From contig CAZWEZ010000006.1 of assembly GCA_964632795.1 (NCBI GenBank), forward strand, positions 1 through 61,859: a stretch of 61,859 nt of DNA, in the 5' to 3' direction. Positions 18,095 through 28,484 of this stretch are shown piece by piece (position 1 is the first letter of the stretch; each line of letters opens with the position of its first letter). A program made the translations under genes and the position numbers. Source of the DNA: an uncultured Thalassospiraceae bacterium (lineage in GTDB: Bacteria > Pseudomonadota > Alphaproteobacteria > Rhodospirillales > 2-02-FULL-58-16). The notes beneath the pieces are model-generated. The model did no database searches. It saw nothing but the letters and a program-made list of their open reading frames with translations, and was not told the DNA's origin.

Positions 18095-19009
18095 ATGGAA
18101 AAGGTCCACGAGAAACTGTCCCGGATTCCCCTGCTGGCCGGCAAATCCCCCGATGAGTTGGGCCTTCAGCGCCTTGGCGGGCTGACCAACCAGAACTACA
18201 AGCTGACCGTAGACGGCAAGAACTACGTGCTGCGCATCCCCGGCGAGGGGACCGGCGAGTTCATCGACCGCAAGAGCGAGGAGCACAACGCCGCCATCGC
18301 GTCCGCGGCCGGGGTCAACGCCGAGATACTGTTCTTCGACGCCACCGACGGCCTCCAGCTATGCCGTTTCATCGATGGCGCCGAGACCATGAACGCCGAT
18401 ACCTTGAAGGACCTCGGCAAGGTGGCCCGCGCCGCCCGGGCGTTGCGCGACATCCACACCTTCGACGGCCGCTTCGCCTCGCGCTTCGACGTCTTCGCGA
18501 TGATGGACGACTACCTGGACATCCTGGCCAAGAAGAACGCCACCCTGCCCGAGGGCTTCGCCGAGGTGCAGAAGGAGGCCGAGGCGGTCCGCGAGGCGCT
18601 GGATTTACGACCTGTCGAGTTGGTCCCCTGCCACTGCGACCCGCTGGCCGAGAACTTCCTCGATACCGGGGAGCGCATGTACCTGGTGGACTGGGAGTAC
18701 GCCGGCAACAACGACCCGATGTGGGACCTGGGCGACTTGGCGATCGAGGTCGAGTTCACGCCCGAGCAGGACAGCGCCCTGATGGAGGCCTACTTCGATG
18801 GCCCGGCGCCGGCCTCTCAGGTCGGCCGGATGGTGATCTACAAGGCCATGTGCGACCTGCTGTGGAGCGCCTGGGGCGTGATCCAGGTGGTCAACGACAA
18901 CACCGTCGAGGACTTCTGGGCCTACGCCACGATGCGCTTCGAACGCTGCAAGCGGATCATGGCCCAGCCCGACTTCCCCGCCCACATCCAGGCCATCCGC
19001 GAAGGTTGA
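18095..19009 (+). CDS. Second choline/ethanolamine kinase family protein
   Basis: LGGLTNQNY, YVLRIPG, HCDPLAENFL, LVDWEYAG. Confidence 0.92.
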   Translation: MEKVHEKLSRIPLLAGKSPDELGLQRLGGLTNQNYKLTVDGKNYVLRIPGEGTGEFIDRKSEEHNAAIASAAGVNAEILFFDATDGLQLCRFIDGAETMNADTLKDLGKVARAARALRDIHTFDGRFASRFDVFAMMDDYLDILAKKNATLPEGFAEVQKEAEAVREALDLRPVELVPCHCDPLAENFLDTGERMYLVDWEYAGNNDPMWDLGDLAIEVEFTPEQDSALMEAYFDGPAPASQVGRMVIYKAMCDLLWSAWGVIQVVNDNTVEDFWAYATMRFERCKRIMAQPDFPAHIQAIREG

Positions 19010-19020
19010 ACGGCCGCCGG

Positions 19021-19125
19021 CATCCTTCGACACGCCGCTTCGCGGCTGCTCTGGATGAGGGTTTTGTTGAAATCCAAGCAAAGACCTCATCCTGAGCAGC
19101 CGCGTAAGCGGCGTGTCGAAGGATG
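19021..19125. repeat. REP-like doublet (two inverted ~40-bp palindromic units)
   Basis: CATCCTTCGACACGCCGCTTCGCGGCTGCTCTGGATGAGG (19021-19060) inverted against 19085-19125; the same unit occurs at 38091 and, diverged, at 37724. Confidence 0.9.
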
Positions 19126-19220
19126 GAACTTCGGGCCGGCCTTGACAGCAAAACCGGATCGGGCTTTCTGTCTCGTCGAATGAATGGCTGAGATCGCGTG
19201 ATTGATATTCGGAGGAAACC

Positions 19221-21173
<1,953 letters not shown>

Positions 21174-21181
21174 TCCCCGGG

Positions 21182-21222
21182 AGGAGGCGGGCGGAACACG
21201 ACCAGCGCCCGGTAGGGTCCCA
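21182..21222 (-). repeat. 41-bp direct repeat of 22360-22400 (duplicated tail of the 22327-23289 gene)
   Basis: 39/41 identical; both differences are synonymous in the GPYRALVVFRPPP frame. Confidence 0.85.
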
Positions 21223-21226
21223 ACCG

Positions 21227-22148
21227 ATTGGGGTCAGGTCTTGCTTTTTGCCCTGGCGATCCGACTGACCCAGCTGTAATGAAGCCCGAAATGGCGGCCG
21301 ATATCGGCCAGGGTGAAGGCACCGCTCCGCCAGGCTTCGCGGATGGCGTCGTCGCGTCCCGGCGTGCGGGCGGCGATCTCCCCTAGCGAGGCGGTCAGGT
21401 TGCGGCGTTGGGCGCGGGGCACTTCGCGGTCCTGCGTCGCCCCACCTGACAACTTCAGGGCGCTCGAAGCGAAATCGTCATCGCCGAGGAACACCTGCGC
21501 GGTGAGGTTCGCCCACAGGTCCTTGTCGGCGCCCTCGGCGACGAACGCCTCATAGGTCGCGCGGGCCGTCGCCGGCGCTTCCGCGAACATCGACAACAGC
21601 CCGTCGACGTCCAGCCATGGCGGCGGCTTTTCGGCGCCGGCCGTGGCCGGATAGCTGGTCCAGTGAGACTGGCGAACGTCCTCGGCGACACCGGCGCGGA
21701 CCGGGTTGAGGACGATGTAGCGGGCCGCCTCGAGGAGATGGGCGTCGCGGTCGACCAGGATCGCCTTGTAGCGGCCCTGGAACAGGTGTCCGACGCGGTC
21801 GTGCCGGCGGTTGACGCGTTGGGTGTAGACGCCGTTGAGTTGGCGCATGCCACGCGACAGGTCGCCGCCGGGGGTCTCGACAAGGAGGTGGTAGTGGTTG
21901 GCCATCAGGCAGTAGGCGAACACCCGCCATCCCAGCCGTCCGACCACCGTGTCCAGAACATCGAGGAAGGCCCGGCGATCCTTCGCGTCGAGGAAGATAT
22001 CGGCGCGGGCGTTGCCCCGGCTGGTGAGGTGGTAGACGGCGCCAGGAAATTCGATCCGAAGGGGACGCGACATGGCAACACCTCTGCTATTTCGACCCAC
22101 ACTCCCAGTCTAACCTCCGAATAGCAAAAAACAAGACCTGACCCCAAT
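21227..22148 (-). mobile_element. TIR-flanked Y1/HUH transposase element (RAYT-like, TIR-associated type)
   Basis: 25-bp inverted repeats ATTGGGGTCAGGTCTTG(C/T)TTTTTGC at 21227-21251 and 22124-22148 (24/25) enclose the transposase. Confidence 0.85.
21234..22073 (-). CDS. REP-associated/IS200-like tyrosine transposase with C-terminal HTH
   Basis: MSRPLRIEFPGAVYHLTSRGN, HUH motif CLMANHYHLL, LFQGRYKA, catalytic Tyr in YIVLNPVRAG, C-terminal LADIGRHFGLHYSWVSR. Confidence 0.93.
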   Translation of the reverse strand: MSRPLRIEFPGAVYHLTSRGNARADIFLDAKDRRAFLDVLDTVVGRLGWRVFAYCLMANHYHLLVETPGGDLSRGMRQLNGVYTQRVNRRHDRVGHLFQGRYKAILVDRDAHLLEAARYIVLNPVRAGVAEDVRQSHWTSYPATAGAEKPPPWLDVDGLLSMFAEAPATARATYEAFVAEGADKDLWANLTAQVFLGDDDFASSALKLSGGATQDREVPRAQRRNLTASLGEIAARTPGRDDAIREAWRSGAFTLADIGRHFGLHYSWVSRIARAKSKT

Positions 22149-22326
22149 GGGGAGTTCCGGGGACATGATACTTGACTGTCACTCTTACTGGGTGAATTCA
22201 GGTTGGAAGAGCACCGCGGCGGGTGTTGGGTGGATTCAGGGCGGGAATGAATGATCCGGGTCGATGACTGGACGTTTCGCCGCCTTGGACCAGCATGATC
22301 CGCCGGAAATTCCGCCCTCCCCCAAC

Positions 22327-23289
22327 TCAGGGAGTCGGCTCCGAGAGGCGGGAGGCGACAGGCGGCGGGCGGAAGACGACCAGCGCCCGGTAGGGTCCCA
22401 TGGTCTGGTCCCATAACAGGAGGAACCACTGGCGCAGGGGCCGAGGCAGGGAGGCGGTATCGGGAATCGCGAAGTCCCCGGGCTCGAGGCCGATCTCGTC
22501 GAGGAAATAGACGAAGGCTTCCAGCGGCCCGTCCTGGTGTTCGCCGAGCACCCGGACGTTCAGCGTGTTGGCCACCGTCAGGCCCGGGATTTCGGCCAGC
22601 GCCGTGCGGTAGAGCCATTGGGGCAGGTCCTTGCAGTGAAGGGCGCCGATCAGGACCACGTGGCGCCAGTCCTCCCCGAGCCAGTGGGCGATGTTGCGGG
22701 CGATGGACTGTTCGCGGCTTCCGACCCCCCGGCGATGGCGTTGCATCTGTATGGGCAACTCTTCGACGCCCCGTATAAGAAGGTCCGGGTTCCTGCCCAC
22801 CGCGGCATTGATGACGGCGGCGATGTCGGCGTCCAGGAGGGGCACGTAGGAACTCCCGCGGGCGATGCGCCGGCGGATGGCGACCAGTTCCCTCGGCGTC
22901 GTCTCCAGCAGCAAGGCATCGGCCTCGAAGCGGGAGAAGAAGGAGTCGGCCAGGAAGCGGCGGGTGTGGTCGTCGTGGTTCTCGCCCAGGCACAGAAGCC
23001 GGAGCTCGGCTTCCCCGAGGCCGTCGATCCACGTCTCCACCGGGACCATGGCGGCGCCGAGACCGTCGCGGATCGCCGTCTGCTCGGCCGCCGGCAGCGC
23101 CCGGTAGCGGGCCAGCGCCTCGAGCGCCCCCGGATGGTGGCCGGGGTGCTGGATGCGTTGGCGGTTCGGGGGGCCGATGGTCGGGAGGTAGAACAGTGCC
23201 AGATACAATTCGAAGACCACGATCGCGGCAAGCACGATCAACGGCCACCCCATGACGACGGTCAACCATTTGATGATCGGCGAGTCCAT
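22327..23289 (-). CDS. Membrane-anchored hypothetical protein, EreA/ChaN-like fold suspected
   Basis: N-terminal TM; LCLGENHDDH, LLLE and LIGALHC resemble EreA/ChaN/TraB superfamily motifs. Start trimmed to ATG 23289. Confidence 0.6.
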   Translation of the reverse strand: MDSPIIKWLTVVMGWPLIVLAAIVVFELYLALFYLPTIGPPNRQRIQHPGHHPGALEALARYRALPAAEQTAIRDGLGAAMVPVETWIDGLGEAELRLLCLGENHDDHTRRFLADSFFSRFEADALLLETTPRELVAIRRRIARGSSYVPLLDADIAAVINAAVGRNPDLLIRGVEELPIQMQRHRRGVGSREQSIARNIAHWLGEDWRHVVLIGALHCKDLPQWLYRTALAEIPGLTVANTLNVRVLGEHQDGPLEAFVYFLDEIGLEPGDFAIPDTASLPRPLRQWFLLLWDQTMGPYRALVVFRPPPVASRLSEPTP

Positions 23290-23339
23290 GGTCGGCGGCA
23301 CCCTAGCGGCCCGGCTCAGGGTCCGCTCCCGGTCCCTTA

Positions 23340-23370
23340 TACCAAGGGGCACTGATAATGACCCTTGGTA
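23340..23370. repeat. 31-bp mini-derivative of the 7061 MITE end
   Basis: TACCAAGGGGCACTGATAATGACCC is identical to 7061-7085 and is closed by TTGGTA, giving a 9-bp self IR; abuts the LysR stop codon. Confidence 0.8.
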
Positions 23371-24252
23371 TTACGCCGCCGCCTCCAGCAGCCACTCGCG
23401 GAAGGCCTGGATCTTGGGCCGCCCGGCGGTGGCCTCGGGGCACACCACGTAGTAGGCGTACTCGGCCGGCAGGCTGAATTCGAAGGGCTTGACCAGGCGC
23501 CCCGAGGCCAGCTCGTCGGCCACCAGCACGCTGCGCCCGAGGGCCACCCCCGCCCCGGCGATGGCCGCCTGCATGACCAGGTGCGAGTGGTTGAACGTCG
23601 GCCCCCGGTCGGGGTCGACCTGGTCCGCCCCGGCCGCCATCAGCCACATCCGCCAGGTCACCCGCAGGTCGTCGTGGAGCAGCGTGAAGTGGCACAGATC
23701 CGACGGCCGGCGCAACGGCGTGCCCTCCCCCAGCAGCGACGGGCTGCACACCGGGAACAGTTCCTCGTTCATCAGCCGGACGATGTCCAGGCCAGCCCAT
23801 TCGCCGCGCCCGTAGCGGATCGCCATGTGGATGTCCTCGCGGGCGAAATCGACGGGGTGGTCGGCGGTGGTGATCCGGACGTCGATCTCGGGATGACGGG
23901 TCCTGAACCGGCCCAGGCGGGGCACCAGCCAGGTGGCGGCGAACGAATCGAGCGTGCTGACGGTCAGCACCCCGGCGCTCTCGCGGTCCTCCAGCCGTTC
24001 GACGGCCTCGGCGATCAGGTCCAGCGCCTCGCCCACCGCCGGCAGCAGGACCTGGCCCTCGTCGGTCAGGCGCAGGGTCCGGTTGAGGCGCCGGAACAGA
24101 AGCACGCCCAGCCGTTCCTCCAGGCCCTTGATCTGGTGGCTGACCGCCGCCTGGGTGACGTTGAGCTCGCCGGCCGCCCGGGTGAAGCTGAGGTGGCGGG
24201 CGGCGGCCTCGAAGGCGCGCAAGGCGTTGAGCGGCGGCAGGCGGCGGGCCAT
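23371..24252 (-). CDS. gcvA: LysR family regulator, GcvA subfamily
   Basis: MARRLPPLNALRAFEAAARHLSFTRAAGELNVTQAAVSHQIKGLE. The symbol denotes the subfamily, not proven orthology. Confidence 0.93.
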   Translation of the reverse strand: MARRLPPLNALRAFEAAARHLSFTRAAGELNVTQAAVSHQIKGLEERLGVLLFRRLNRTLRLTDEGQVLLPAVGEALDLIAEAVERLEDRESAGVLTVSTLDSFAATWLVPRLGRFRTRHPEIDVRITTADHPVDFAREDIHMAIRYGRGEWAGLDIVRLMNEELFPVCSPSLLGEGTPLRRPSDLCHFTLLHDDLRVTWRMWLMAAGADQVDPDRGPTFNHSHLVMQAAIAGAGVALGRSVLVADELASGRLVKPFEFSLPAEYAYYVVCPEATAGRPKIQAFREWLLEAAA

Positions 24253-24284
24253 GGGGCGTCTCCCGAACCCGTTTTGGGTAAGTT

Positions 24285-24307
24285 TTTCTAATACATTATA
24301 TGAGAAA
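24285..24307. promoter_or_regulatory. AT-rich dyad TTTCTAAT-N7-ATGAGAAA, candidate LysR recognition site
   Basis: 7/8 dyad between the divergent LysR and DUF1127 genes. Confidence 0.4.
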
Positions 24308-24400
24308 CTATCGTTTGTCGGCAACCGGAAAAAGAACTATTTCATACCCAACACACACGATCAATGCGGGCTTTGGAAGTCCCACTCGGAGGAAGACACG

Positions 24401-24652
24401 ATGACCCAATGTATTAGCAACGCTTATCCAGCCGACGGACTCGAGGCGCCCCGCCCCGAAGTCGCCGCCAAGGCCCTGTTGGAGACCGTCGCCGGCCATG
24501 CCGCTAGCGCCCTGGCCACCCTCAGGACCTGGAACGAGCGCGCCGCCCAGCGCCGCCAGTTGCGGGAGATGGACGACCGCATCCTCAAGGACATCGGGCT
24601 CAGCCGGCTCGACGTCTACCGGGAAACCATCAAGCCGTTCTGGCGCCCGTAG
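24401..24652 (+). CDS. DUF1127 small protein
   Basis: GGAGG RBS; WNERAAQRRQLREMDDRILKDIGLSR...KPFWR is the DUF1127 signature. Confidence 0.92.
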   Translation: MTQCISNAYPADGLEAPRPEVAAKALLETVAGHAASALATLRTWNERAAQRRQLREMDDRILKDIGLSRLDVYRETIKPFWRP

Positions 24653-24793
24653 CCGCCGCCACGAATTAAATGGTGACTGGATATAATTAACGGTCGACCG
24701 CCGCAATCGCCGTTTGCGGCGGTGGCGGAAACCATGTAATCGGAGCCCCGGCGGGTTTTAAAGCGATGGGGCGATGACCAATATCCCTGACGT

Positions 24794-26014
24794 ATGGGGC
24801 GGCGGTGGAAGAAACGGGGTGAGGCCGTGACGCGCCTTGTCGTCCTGATCATCGTGAGCGGCGCCCTGATCGCCAGCCTCAACATGGGCATCCGCCAGAC
24901 CTTCGGCCTGTTCCTGCCGCCGATGACCGCCGATCTGGGGATCGGGCGGGAGGCCTTCGCCTTCGCCATCGCCTTGCAGAACCTCCTGTGGGGCCTGTTC
25001 CAGCCGCTGACCGGGATGATGGCCGACAAGTTCGGCAGCACCCGGGTGCTGATCCTGGGGGCGGCGGTCTACGTCCTGGGCCTGGTGGTCATGTCGGGGG
25101 CGACGGGGCCGTTCGAGCTCAACCTGGGGGCCGGCCTGTTGATCGGCTTCGGCGCCTCGGGCACCGGCTTCGCGATCCTGCTGGGCGCCGTCGGCCGCCG
25201 GGTGTCGCCCGAGCGGCGCTCCCTGGCGCTGGGCTTCGTCACCGCCGGCGGCTCCTTCGGCCAGTTCTACATGGCCCCGGTGGGCCAGGCGTTGATCGCC
25301 TCCCAGGGCTGGTCCCAGGCCCTCCTCATCATGGCGGTGATCGCCTGCCTGATGGCGCCCCTCGCCCTGGCCCTGAGCGGCAAGGCGCAAACCTCCGGCG
25401 ACGGCGCCGACTCCCAGAGCCTGAAAGGCGCCATCGGCGAGGCGGCGGTCAATCCGGGATACTGGTTCCTGACCCTGGGTTTCTTCGTCTGCGGGTTCCA
25501 GGTCCAGTTCATCGGCATCCACCTGCCGTCCTACCTTCAGGACGTCGGCATGTCCGGAGAGCTCGCCGCCGCGGCGCTGGGCACCATCGGTTTCTTCAAC
25601 ATCATCGGCACCTTGACCTGGGGCTACCTGGGCGGCCGGTTCTCCAAGAAGCGCCTGCTGAGCACGCTGTATTTCCTCAGGGCGGTGGCCTTCGCCGGCT
25701 TCCTGGCGGCGCCGACCAACAAATATACGGTGATCGTGTTCGCGGCCACCTTGGGCCTGTTGTGGCTGGGCACGATTCCGCTGACCAGCGGCCTGATCGC
25801 CCACATCTTCGGGCCGCGCTACATGGCGACCCTGTTCGGGTTCGTTTTCTTCAGCCATCAGCTGGGCAGCTTCATGGGCATCTGGCTGGGCGGCTACGTG
25901 TTCGACGCCACGGGCTCCTACGACCTGATGTGGATGGCCTCCATCGCGCTGGGCCTGGCGGCGGCGCTGCTCCACATGCCGATCTCCGAGCGCCGGCTGA
26001 GGGAGGCGGCATGA
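24794..26014 (+). CDS. MFS transporter
   Basis: 12-TM pattern; GIRQTFGLF, G.MADKFG, HQLGSFMG.WLGG. The start may be GTG 24827. Confidence 0.92.
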   Translation: MGRRWKKRGEAVTRLVVLIIVSGALIASLNMGIRQTFGLFLPPMTADLGIGREAFAFAIALQNLLWGLFQPLTGMMADKFGSTRVLILGAAVYVLGLVVMSGATGPFELNLGAGLLIGFGASGTGFAILLGAVGRRVSPERRSLALGFVTAGGSFGQFYMAPVGQALIASQGWSQALLIMAVIACLMAPLALALSGKAQTSGDGADSQSLKGAIGEAAVNPGYWFLTLGFFVCGFQVQFIGIHLPSYLQDVGMSGELAAAALGTIGFFNIIGTLTWGYLGGRFSKKRLLSTLYFLRAVAFAGFLAAPTNKYTVIVFAATLGLLWLGTIPLTSGLIAHIFGPRYMATLFGFVFFSHQLGSFMGIWLGGYVFDATGSYDLMWMASIALGLAAALLHMPISERRLREAA

Positions 26015-26751
26015 GCGTCACCGTGACCTTCCTGGGCAGCGGCGACGCCTTCGCCAGCGGCGGCCGGTTCCAGACCTGTTTCCTGGTCGAGGGCGGGGGC
26101 GCGCGGTTCCTGATCGACTGCGGGGCGACCTCGCTGGTCGCCCTGCGCCGCCACGGCATCGACCCCAACGCCATCGACGCCATCGTGCTGTCCCACCTCC
26201 ACGGCGATCATTTCGGGGGCCTGCCGTTCTTCATCCTCAGCGGCCACCTCGACGACCGCCGGCGAAACCCCCTGACCATCGCCGGGCCGCCGGAGACGAG
26301 AGCCCGGCTGGAGGCGCTGTGCGAGGTCCTGTACCCCGGGATGACCGGGATCGAACTGAGGTTTCCGCTGGAGATCGTCGAGATGGCGCCCGGGGGGCCC
26401 CACCGTGTACTGGACATGACCGTCACCCCTTATGAGGCCAACCATTCCCCGGCCTCCAACCCGAGCGCGCTGCGCATCGAGTACGGTGGACGGATCATCG
26501 GCTACAGCGGCGACGGGGCGTGGTCCGAGACCCTCATCGAGGCGGCCCGGGGCGCCGACCTGTGGATCGCCGAATGCAACTTCATCGGTAAGGACACCCC
26601 CAACCACATGGACTTCCGCACCCTCAGCGCCGGCCTCGACCGGCTGGCCGCCAAGCGGGTGATCCTGACCCACATGGGTCGGGAGATGCTGGCCCAGGTG
26701 CCCTCGCTGCCCTGCGAGTTCGCCGAGGACGGCAAGACGGTGGAGGTCTAG
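26011..26751 (+). CDS. MBL-fold metallo-hydrolase (RNase Z/AtsA-like)
   Basis: FLGSGDA, LIDCG, SHLHGDHFGG, YSGD, LTHM. Start at ATG 26011 overlaps the MFS stop. Confidence 0.9.
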   Translation: MSVTVTFLGSGDAFASGGRFQTCFLVEGGGARFLIDCGATSLVALRRHGIDPNAIDAIVLSHLHGDHFGGLPFFILSGHLDDRRRNPLTIAGPPETRARLEALCEVLYPGMTGIELRFPLEIVEMAPGGPHRVLDMTVTPYEANHSPASNPSALRIEYGGRIIGYSGDGAWSETLIEAARGADLWIAECNFIGKDTPNHMDFRTLSAGLDRLAAKRVILTHMGREMLAQVPSLPCEFAEDGKTVEV

Positions 26752-26845
26752 TCCGCGACCCGGCTCCAGGCCCAGGAAGCCGCGAGCCGAGGATGGAAAT
26801 TCCGAGGCACCGATGGCCTCGCATGGTAATAGGGAGACACTCTCG

Positions 26846-27328
26846 ATGGCCGAGGAAGACGACTGGACGGCGGAAGGCGGCTGCACATGCGCCGCCGTGC
26901 GTTATCGCATGACCGGCAGGCCGATGATCGTTCACTGCTGTCATTGCCGTTGGTGCCAGCGCGAAACGGGAACAGCCTTCGCCCTCAATGCAATGATCGA
27001 AGCCGATCGCATGATCCTCGTGCGGGGCGCCCCCGAGACCGTGGCGACGCCGTCCAACAGCGGCAAGGGGCAGAAGATCGTTCGCTGTCCAAGCTGCCGC
27101 GTGGCCCTATGGAGCCACTACGCCGGTGCCGGCGACGTGGCATGCTTCGTCCGCGTCGGGACCCTTGATGATCCGGACCGCCTGCCGCCCGACATCCACA
27201 TCTTTACAAGCTCGAAGCAGCCCTGGGTCGTGCTTCCGGCGGGCGTGCCCGCCTTCGAAGAGTACTACGATCGCGATGAATATTGGCCCGCGGAGAGCCT
27301 GGCCCGGCGCCGCGCGTTGCTTGGCTGA
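26846..27328 (+). CDS. GFA (CENP-V) family Zn protein
   Basis: GGCTCAAVRY, HCCHCRWCQ, RCPSC, VRVGTLDDP, HIFTSSKQPW. Confidence 0.92.
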   Translation: MAEEDDWTAEGGCTCAAVRYRMTGRPMIVHCCHCRWCQRETGTAFALNAMIEADRMILVRGAPETVATPSNSGKGQKIVRCPSCRVALWSHYAGAGDVACFVRVGTLDDPDRLPPDIHIFTSSKQPWVVLPAGVPAFEEYYDRDEYWPAESLARRRALLG

Positions 27329-27445
27329 CGGCCTGGGGTTCGTTGTTGGACCGGCCCGATGGCCGTCCGTTTGAATATCCGGCGATGGTCGCGTTACTAT
27401 CCCCGCTTCTCCCGTTCCGGATCCACTTGGTGATGGGGAATTGCG

Positions 27446-28312
27446 ATGGCCATCGAGAAGCGCGCCTTCGGGCAAACCGGGCACATGAGTTCCGCCGTCA
27501 TCTTCGGCGGCGCCGCGCTGGACAGTGTCGATCAGGGGACGGCGGATAGAGTCCTCGACCTTCTGTTCGAATATGGCGTCAACCACATCGACACGGCGCC
27601 AAGTTATGGTGATTCGGAGCTTCGTATCGGCCCCTGGATGGACCGCCACCGGGACTCCTTCTTCCTCGCCACCAAGATTGGCGAACGCGATTACCAAGCC
27701 GCCCGATCGGAAATCCGCCGCTCGCTCGAACGCCTGCGCACCGACCGGATCGACCTGATTCAGCTCCACAGCCTGAACCACCCGGACGAGTGGGAACGGG
27801 CACTCTCCCCCGGCGGAGCGCTGGATGCGGCCGTCGAAGCCCGTGAGGAGGGGCTGGTCCGGTTCATTGGTGTAACCGGTCACGGTTGGACCATCGCCGC
27901 CATGCACCGGCGCAGCCTGGAGCGCTTCGAATTCGACTCGGTGTTGATGCCGTGGAACTGGGTCGCCGCCCGTCACCAGACATATGGACCCGAATTCGAG
28001 GTAACCGCCGCGCTTTGCGCCGAACGCGGAATCGCCGTGCAGACGATCAAGGCCGTATCCCGCGGTCCCTGGGCCGCCGGCGCGGCGCGCGATTACACGA
28101 CCTGGTATCAGCCCCTGGAGAATGAAGGCGACATCCGGATGGCGGTACAGTGGGTCCTCGGCCGACCGGGGATCTTTCTCAATTCGGTCGGTGACGTCGG
28201 TCTGCTTCCGGCCGTGCTGCGGGCGGCGGCCGAGTGCGGCGAACCGCCTCTCGATTCGGCAATGGCCGCCCTCGAGGAGCGAACGGGCCTGACCTCCATC
28301 TTCGGTTTTTGA
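27446..28312 (+). CDS. Aldo/keto reductase
   Basis: [39 protein letters not shown]. Confidence 0.92.
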   Translation: MAIEKRAFGQTGHMSSAVIFGGAALDSVDQGTADRVLDLLFEYGVNHIDTAPSYGDSELRIGPWMDRHRDSFFLATKIGERDYQAARSEIRRSLERLRTDRIDLIQLHSLNHPDEWERALSPGGALDAAVEAREEGLVRFIGVTGHGWTIAAMHRRSLERFEFDSVLMPWNWVAARHQTYGPEFEVTAALCAERGIAVQTIKAVSRGPWAAGAARDYTTWYQPLENEGDIRMAVQWVLGRPGIFLNSVGDVGLLPAVLRAAAECGEPPLDSAMAALEERTGLTSIFGF

Positions 28313-28320
28313 GGATGCCA

Positions 28321-28484
28321 TAGTACTGACTTTCATAATTCCTCGCCCCATGTGATCGCTGTTCCCGTTTCCCCGGGGCGTCGGCGGGGCTTGACGATGC
28401 GCCGGCATCGCCGGCGCGCCGCCTCCTGCCGGGGAAACGGGAACAGCGATCACATGGGGCGAGGAATTATGAAAGTCAGTACTA
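28321..28484. mobile_element. 164-bp MITE-like element with perfect 56-bp terminal inverted repeats
   Basis: 28321-28376 is the exact reverse complement of 28429-28484; the ends read TAGTACT; the right end supplies the boxB stop codon. Confidence 0.9.

Noticed and set aside
5131-18286. Very long alternative-frame or antisense ORFs (e.g. 5131-7089, 7371-9740, 15371-18286)
   Set aside because: Shadow ORFs expected from high GC3; they overlap well-supported genes and are Arg/Gly/Pro-rich without motifs. The same applies across the window.
24653-24793. Possible cuckoo/CcsR sRNAs downstream of DUF1127
   Set aside because: No CCTCCTCCC loop motifs present.
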